A DNA stretch of 38,249 nucleotides. It comes from an uncultured Opitutia bacterium (GTDB taxonomy: Bacteria; Verrucomicrobiota; Verrucomicrobiia; Opitutales; UBA953). The notes beneath the pieces are model-generated. The model saw nothing but the letters and a program-made list of their open reading frames with translations. It ran no database searches and was not told the DNA's origin. This document shows positions 33,038 to 38,249 of the stretch, piece after piece (positions within the stretch are counted from its first letter, which is position 1; every line of letters starts with the position of its first letter). Position numbers and translations under genes: made by a program. The DNA is taken from positions 1-38,249 of the forward strand of contig CAJBPJ010000215.1 in the NCBI GenBank assembly GCA_903957465.1. The letters run 5' to 3'.

Positions 33038-34129
33038 CTAACGACGGGAACGGTTTGCAAGTACGCGAACACAGGCCGCACGGAACGTGGTGAATTCATC
33101 ACCCGAACCATAGACTTTCGTTAAATCTAGCTGCAGATCGATGAGCTCCCGCAGCGTAAAGTTCGCAGCCGCAGGGGCTACTTTCGTCCCAAGGTACCAA
33201 GCATTTTGCGTAAAAGGGTTGAGGCTAGATTTGCCCCCTGAACCATAAAGCGGCCCATAACGTGTGCCCGCCGTTACAAGTTCGCGCTCAGTCACGCCGT
33301 TTGAAGTCAACTTCAGTGCACCGGCGTCAGCGAGCGCGCGCATTTGAATTAAAAGTCTTAAACGCGAGTTCAAGGCACCGAGTAGTGGGCGCGGTGAACT
33401 CGAGTTAAATGCAAAACGATCAAGCGCATCGAGTGTCCATTCAAGGTCTGCCGCTAGAAGAGCATCCACCACCTCGAAGGCCTCGCCTTCGCCATAATTT
33501 GGAACCAAGCGCTGCACGTCTTGAACGGTAATTTTTCCTTCGGCTCCGGCATACACGCCGAGCTTTTCAGATTCACTAAGCAACACACGCGTCGATCCCG
33601 AAACTTTTTCGAGTAAGGACTCCGCGACACCTGGGCCTGCTTTGACACCGGCGTCACGCAAAGCCTTTTGCGTAAACTCGATCCAATCATCACCATCCAT
33701 CTTGGGTATATCCAAGTATTCACCCGCTTCCGCCTTCAGTGTCTTTAATTCTTTGCGCACGCGGTTCACTGGACACAGCGAGACTGTCAGACGGACCTCA
33801 GGGTCAACCTGGGTGATCAAAGGCACAAGGTGCTCCTCGAGAATCGTGGCAACAGATTCAGAGCCAGCCTGTGCTTTCGGCAATTCCAACCAGTTTAAGG
33901 AACGGATCCAGACGACTTTAGCGTTACCAAAAAGACTGAGGCTGGTGAGCGCACTGCGAATCCGTTGTTCGATAACTTCTGCATCTGCAACCGCACGCAG
34001 TCGCGCATCCACAATTTCAGCATCCACGCCCTCACCTGCTTTCTTTTTGTCCCGCTCATAACGCGCACGGGCCTCACGATCGACGAGGTAGTCGTCGTCG
34101 CCGACCACGATGGTCAAGTTTGCGGGCAT
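33038..34129 (-). CDS. holA: DNA polymerase III delta subunit (probable)
   Basis: 363 aa. The N-terminus (LTIVVGDDDYLVDREAR), overall length and helical C-terminal half resemble HolA. No sharp motif was seen, so confidence is moderate. Confidence 0.6.
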   Translation of the reverse strand: MPANLTIVVGDDDYLVDREARARYERDKKKAGEGVDAEIVDARLRAVADAEVIEQRIRSALTSLSLFGNAKVVWIRSLNWLELPKAQAGSESVATILEEHLVPLITQVDPEVRLTVSLCPVNRVRKELKTLKAEAGEYLDIPKMDGDDWIEFTQKALRDAGVKAGPGVAESLLEKVSGSTRVLLSESEKLGVYAGAEGKITVQDVQRLVPNYGEGEAFEVVDALLAADLEWTLDALDRFAFNSSSPRPLLGALNSRLRLLIQMRALADAGALKLTSNGVTERELVTAGTRYGPLYGSGGKSSLNPFTQNAWYLGTKVAPAAANFTLRELIDLQLDLTKVYGSGDEFTTFRAACVRVLANRSRR

Positions 34130-34176
34130 AACTTAACATCGCCTCGCCTAACCGCTCATGGCAACGCTGAAGCCTC

Positions 34177-35460
34177 TTAGGCGCTATGAAGCTTATCTTC
34201 GACGCCGTAACAGTTTAAATTACGGCGCATCCAGTCCAAAGCTGTATTCACCGCCCGTGCCTTCACTTGCAGGCGGTCACCCACTAATACTACCCGGCGG
34301 GTCCAAACCCCTGAAGGCGACGCATAGCCAAAGTAGATTGTGCCCACTGGATCCTCTTCGGTACCGCCGCCAGGACCCGCATAACCGGTGACGGATAGGC
34401 CATAATCCGCACCAAACTTTTCCGCCGCCGCCGTTGCCATGGCAGCCGCACACTCCGCAGAAACTGCACCGTGCTGGGAAATAATGCATGAGGGAACACC
34501 CAACATGCTCATTTTAGCATCATTGGAATAACACACTGCCGAGCCTGTTAAAACTTTCGATGCTCCTGGCACGTCGGTGAAGGCACTCGCCAAAAGTCCA
34601 CCTGTACACGATTCACCGAGCGCAACCGTGCAACCCATGGCAGTGAGTTGCTCGACGAGCAGCGTCGCCAAGCAAGCGTGCCCAGTACAAATAAAATCAT
34701 CGCCAACGCTGTCGCGGATTTTGCGCGCAACATCCAGCATACGATCGCAACACGCCCCGCTTTCACCAGCACTGATACGTGCATCAACGATGCCTGTATG
34801 AGTCCCAAATGTTAAAGTCATCCCAGAGAGCAGGTGTGGGCGCACCAAACTTTCGAGTGGCACTGCACCAATCCCAAAGGTCCGGATTTGTACATAAGCT
34901 TCCTCTTCGTTCGCAGCGCCACACGAACATAACCGCGGTACAATTTCTTCCTCAAACATCGGGCGCAGTTCAAGTCCTGGCCCAGGAAGCATAACCAACG
35001 TGCGTCCTTCGTGTGAAAGATAAATCCCGGGCGAAGTGCCACGAGGATTGGGAATAAGCTCGGCACCTTCCGGTAAAAGACATTGACGCAAGTCGCCCGG
35101 AGATATTTCGCGGCGGAGACGCACGAAGCGCTCACGTAGTATAGCTTCAGCTTGGCTATTGTGTACGAGTTTTAAACCAAGAGCGGAAGCAACCGCTTGA
35201 CGAACAAGGTCATCGCGGGTTGGCCCCATGCCACCGGTGGTTACAATGAGATTCGCCTCTTTCCAGGCATGTGAAATTTCAGCAGCAATCTGCTCGGCTT
35301 CATCGCGCACGACTGAACCGCGCAAGACACGAACGCCGCGACGCGCGAGCTGCTCGCCAAGCCAAACTAAGTGTCCGTTGGTACGAATGCCGTCTAAAAG
35401 CTCATCACCGACATTCAAAATGACGGCCTGACAGGCTTTGCGAGATTGCGTTTGCGCCAT
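34177..35460 (-). CDS. cinA: CinA-family protein (MoCF-type domain + nicotinamide-nucleotide amidohydrolase PncC domain)
   Basis: N-terminus VILNVGDELLDGIRTNGHLVWLGEQL and TTGGMGPTRDDL. C-terminal domain ESCTGGLLA and GYAGPGGG. Confidence 0.85.
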   Translation of the reverse strand: MAQTQSRKACQAVILNVGDELLDGIRTNGHLVWLGEQLARRGVRVLRGSVVRDEAEQIAAEISHAWKEANLIVTTGGMGPTRDDLVRQAVASALGLKLVHNSQAEAILRERFVRLRREISPGDLRQCLLPEGAELIPNPRGTSPGIYLSHEGRTLVMLPGPGLELRPMFEEEIVPRLCSCGAANEEEAYVQIRTFGIGAVPLESLVRPHLLSGMTLTFGTHTGIVDARISAGESGACCDRMLDVARKIRDSVGDDFICTGHACLATLLVEQLTAMGCTVALGESCTGGLLASAFTDVPGASKVLTGSAVCYSNDAKMSMLGVPSCIISQHGAVSAECAAAMATAAAEKFGADYGLSVTGYAGPGGGTEEDPVGTIYFGYASPSGVWTRRVVLVGDRLQVKARAVNTALDWMRRNLNCYGVEDKLHSA

Positions 35461-35496
35461 GGGGAACTGAAGCCACCTTCAACGGACTGCGGAAAA

Positions 35497-36966
35497 ATGC
35501 AACAGGAGCGTGAAGAATTATCCCCCCGTGCGAAAGCACGCCAAGCCCCCCGCGAGCCCGGGGTCTACTTAATGAGGGATTCGGGAGGGGTGATTATTTA
35601 CGTTGGTAAAGCCAAAGATTTACGAGCCCGCCTAGCTTCATACTTCCGATCTGGCGCCCGCCACACCCCTAAAGTAGCGGCTTTGGTGGCAGCCATCGCC
35701 AATCTCGAATGGCACACCGTCCGCAACGAAACCGAGTCCCTTTTACTCGAAGGGCGCCTCATCAAACGCTGGAAGCCACGCTGGAATGTCCTGCTCCGCG
35801 ACGATAAACAATTTTTGCAAATTCGTGTCGATGTGGCGGATGCCATACCCTCCTTTCGTCTCGTACGCGCTCGTACCACCGAAACGGCACGCTACTTCGG
35901 GCCATTCCCCCACCCCACCCAGGTTCGTCGTACCCTCGGTGAATTAAAAAAGCTCTTTGGAATCATCTTAAGCGACGTTGAACCGACACGGCTCGAAGAC
36001 GGTCGCTGGCGGCTCTACTCCGATGCGCGCTCAGAAATCCAAGGCCACCCTAACGAGGTAACGGAAGAGGACTACCGAGAACGCGTGGACAAAGCCTGCG
36101 AATTTCTTGATGGCAAAATTCGTGATTGGGCCAAAGCACTTGAAGCGGAAATGGTCACGGCAGCAGAGGCTCGTGACTACGAACGCGCTGGAGAATGCCG
36201 CGACCTCCTAAGTGCCATTCGCTTAACGACCGAAAAGGCGCGGCGCTTTTTACGCGACAACCCTTTACCAAAGTCTGACGGATCGATTGGGCTCACCGCC
36301 CTTGGACAAGCCTTGGGAATTTCAACACCCCTTCGGCACATTGAGTGTTTTGATATTTCCCACATTTCTGGAACGCTCGCCGTCGCTTCGATGGTCCGAT
36401 TCGTCAACGGACAGCCCGACAAGTCCGGCTATCGCCGATTCCGTATCAAAACATTTGAGGGTAATGATGATTTCCGCTCGATGCACGAAGTCGTCGGCAG
36501 GCGCTACGGTCGCTTAATCAACGAAGCCCGTAGTTTACCCGACCTTGTTGTTATCGATGGAGGGATTGGACAGGTGGAAGCTGCGCGGAAAGCATTCACG
36601 GAAGCCGGCATCCCGATGCCCACGATGATTGGCTTAGCCAAACGCGATGAGACAATTGTGCGTGTCGACGGCTCTGAACTCTTACTGCCGCGACACCATG
36701 AAGCCTTGCGCTTATTGCAACGCATTCGCGATGAGGCCCACCGCTTTGCGAATGACTTCAATGCAGAACTGAGAACGAAAAAACTCCGCGAGTCTTTGTT
36801 GGATGAAATTCCAGGTTTAGGTGAATCACGTAAAGCCGCGCTCTTAAAAGAGTTTGGTTCTATTCAAGGCCTGCGCAAAGCAACCGTCGCCGAACTTACC
36901 GCAGTCGCTGGCGTTGGACCACAACTGGCTCAGCGTATTGCCGAACGTCTTTCGCCTAAAAGCTGA
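35497..36966 (+). CDS. uvrC: Excinuclease ABC subunit C
   Basis: GIY-YIG domain (GVYLMRDSGGVIIYVGKAKDLRARLASYF). UVR domain (AAEARDYERAGECRDLLSAI). Endonuclease block IECFDISHISGT. C-terminal (HhH)2 (IPGLGESRKAALLKEFGS..VAGVGPQLAQRI). ATG 35497 is preferred over TTG 35446, which overlaps the divergent cinA start. Confidence 0.9.
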   Translation: MQQEREELSPRAKARQAPREPGVYLMRDSGGVIIYVGKAKDLRARLASYFRSGARHTPKVAALVAAIANLEWHTVRNETESLLLEGRLIKRWKPRWNVLLRDDKQFLQIRVDVADAIPSFRLVRARTTETARYFGPFPHPTQVRRTLGELKKLFGIILSDVEPTRLEDGRWRLYSDARSEIQGHPNEVTEEDYRERVDKACEFLDGKIRDWAKALEAEMVTAAEARDYERAGECRDLLSAIRLTTEKARRFLRDNPLPKSDGSIGLTALGQALGISTPLRHIECFDISHISGTLAVASMVRFVNGQPDKSGYRRFRIKTFEGNDDFRSMHEVVGRRYGRLINEARSLPDLVVIDGGIGQVEAARKAFTEAGIPMPTMIGLAKRDETIVRVDGSELLLPRHHEALRLLQRIRDEAHRFANDFNAELRTKKLRESLLDEIPGLGESRKAALLKEFGSIQGLRKATVAELTAVAGVGPQLAQRIAERLSPKS

Positions 36967-38045
36967 ATCTCGCGAATCATCAACTCGGCAACGCGGTCAG
37001 CACCCAAAGGATCTCCGAGAGCGGGCATCGCCGCGCGCCATGCTTTCCAGATTGTGCCATTATCCTTCAAGGCAAATTCAACGGCTTTCCGCGCAGACTC
37101 AGGCGTTAAGCCGTAGGCTCCGGCACCACCTTCAACAACGAGGCGCGCATTCCCGGCTTCTTGGCCAGGGATGACTTGCGTAAAAATCAGCGGTACGCCT
37201 GCGGCGACACATTCATGCGTCGTTGCTCCGCCCGCTTTTGTGAGCACGAGATCGCTTTCCAAAATAAGTTCAGGCAAGCGGTCCGTCCACCCGATGACGC
37301 GCGCGCGACCGTCAACGGCGCGGACAATTTCTTGGAGGAAGTTGGCGTCTTTCCCAACGGTCACCGTCAATTCAACATCCAACGTCGCGATGGCTTTCGC
37401 AAGGGCAACAGCATCGGAGCGACCTGGATTGAGCATCACCAGAACCTTCGGCCGTCCACCTTGATTCTTGGCGACTGCTTGCCGAAGGCGCGATGAAACT
37501 GGAAACCCTAAGGCACGCACCTGCGCTGCGGGCACACCTTGACGGATCATGATGTCGGCTGTCGCTTGATTAGGCGCTATATACCAATCCGAAAAAGCAC
37601 TATGCCAGGCACGGTTCACAGAAATAGAATCGGTGACGACTGTGATGATGCGAGGACGACGGACATCATTGTGTCGCCACAAGCGACGATGAAAATGCGA
37701 GTAGAGTGGATAGGTTGAAACGACCAACGGGGGAACGTTGGTGTAGGCGACATCTTTGTACTGACGCGCCACAGGACCTAAAAATGGCAATGCCGCCTGC
37801 ACCACGGGCAAACGATCTAAGGCATGGTAAGCGACACCCCAGAGCAACGGCCAACGATTAGCAGTATTGATGTACAACTCACGTTGCCCACGAAATTTCT
37901 TTTCACCGTATGCATTCAAGAAAAGGTCCTGAAACTCCGCTTGGTACTCGCCATAATGTAAGCGATTAAACGCTTCGACCACGGCACGAGCCGCAGCATT
38001 ATGACCCTCCCCAAACCCTGCAGACAATACGGGTATGGTTTTCAT
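36930..38045 (-). CDS. GT28 MGDG-synthase/UgtP-like diacylglycerol glycosyltransferase
   Basis: N-terminus VLSAGFGEGHNAAARAV is typical of the MGDG_synth domain. C-terminal block LTKAGGATTHECVAAGVPLIF..IPGQEAGNA. The 3' end overlaps the uvrC 3' end by 37 nt. Confidence 0.8.
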   Translation of the reverse strand: MKTIPVLSAGFGEGHNAAARAVVEAFNRLHYGEYQAEFQDLFLNAYGEKKFRGQRELYINTANRWPLLWGVAYHALDRLPVVQAALPFLGPVARQYKDVAYTNVPPLVVSTYPLYSHFHRRLWRHNDVRRPRIITVVTDSISVNRAWHSAFSDWYIAPNQATADIMIRQGVPAAQVRALGFPVSSRLRQAVAKNQGGRPKVLVMLNPGRSDAVALAKAIATLDVELTVTVGKDANFLQEIVRAVDGRARVIGWTDRLPELILESDLVLTKAGGATTHECVAAGVPLIFTQVIPGQEAGNARLVVEGGAGAYGLTPESARKAVEFALKDNGTIWKAWRAAMPALGDPLGADRVAELMIREIQLLGERRSAIR

Positions 38046-38048
38046 AGA

Positions 38049-38249
38049 CTAAGCAACAGCCTGGGCGACTTGCTCTTGAGCGGCTTGTTCTTGGGCAGTC
38101 GCAATACGCGATTGCAACTCAACGCGATTAACAACGCGTACACTGCCGTCCATCTCTTCGACAATCGCCGTGAGCGACTCCACCCAATCCCCTGAATTAA
38201 GGTAACGCACGCCGCCGATCACTCGGTCTTCCGCCTTATGAATGTGGCC
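38049..38249 (-). CDS. Partial ORF (C-terminal 66 codons), unknown function
   Basis: The minus-strand frame is open from the window edge to TAG at 38049-38051: GHIHKAEDRVIGGVRYLNSGDWVESLTAIVEEMDGSVRVVNRVELQSRIATAQEQAAQEQVAQAVA*. It ends 3 nt before the glycosyltransferase ATG. It is absent from the ORF track because its start lies outside the window. Confidence 0.5.
   Translation of the reverse strand, partial: GHIHKAEDRVIGGVRYLNSGDWVESLTAIVEEMDGSVRVVNRVELQSRIATAQEQAAQEQVAQAVA

Noticed and set aside
1-38249. Search for CRISPR arrays, tRNA/rRNA genes, IS/transposase/integrase genes, and toxin-antitoxin or restriction/defence genes
   Set aside because: I found no regularly spaced direct repeats with spacers, no cloverleaf-capable intergenic segments (most gaps are under 70 nt), and no recombinase or nuclease-type ORFs. 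Apart from the single AT-rich intergenic island at 20640-20725, composition looks uniform, so there is no evidence of a horizontally acquired island.

Overview
Densely coding bacterial chromosomal window of about 55% GC by eye. I found no rRNA, tRNA, CRISPR array, transposase or integrase. Gene content and the apparent lack of Shine-Dalgarno sequences suggest a PVC/Verrucomicrobia-like organism, but that is a low-confidence inference.

Left half (2104-20535, minus strand): a complete, very compact division/cell-wall (dcw) operon. Order is mraZ-rsmH-ftsL-ftsI-murE-murF-mraY-murD-[LysM lipoprotein]-ftsW-murG-murC::murB fusion-ddl-ftsQ-ftsA-ftsZ, followed by sufS and a convergent 5'-truncated ORF. 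Nearly every junction is an ATGA/TAATG overlap or a 1-nt gap. This lets several over-extended N-termini in the ORF track be corrected.

The 358-bp mraZ upstream region carries three GTGGG boxes at exact 10-bp spacing (candidate MraZ operator) and an AT-rich island.

Right half: a lipoprotein gene with a strong terminator, then aroC coupled to a degenerate G3E/CobW-like ORF. A long minus-strand run follows: cinA, holA, purB, PPi-type pfk, a FecR-domain Thr/Gly-repeat protein with a 13-Pro run, tmk, holB, a 4-PDZ HtrA-like protease, a catalytically dead protease paralogue, an ECF sigma and a putative anti-sigma. The window ends with uvrC (+), a GT28 MGDG-synthase-like glycosyltransferase and a partial ORF.

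Nothing resembles a mobile, defence or toxin island. The best candidates for undescribed biology are:
1. The LysM/GGFGGFGG lipoprotein embedded in the dcw operon.
2. The protease-pseudoprotease-ECF sigma-anti-sigma module.
3. An FtsZ with a degenerate tubulin signature.
4. The MurC-MurB fusion.
5. The FecR-repeat-polyproline surface protein.

All family calls are by-eye motif recognition, not database searches.
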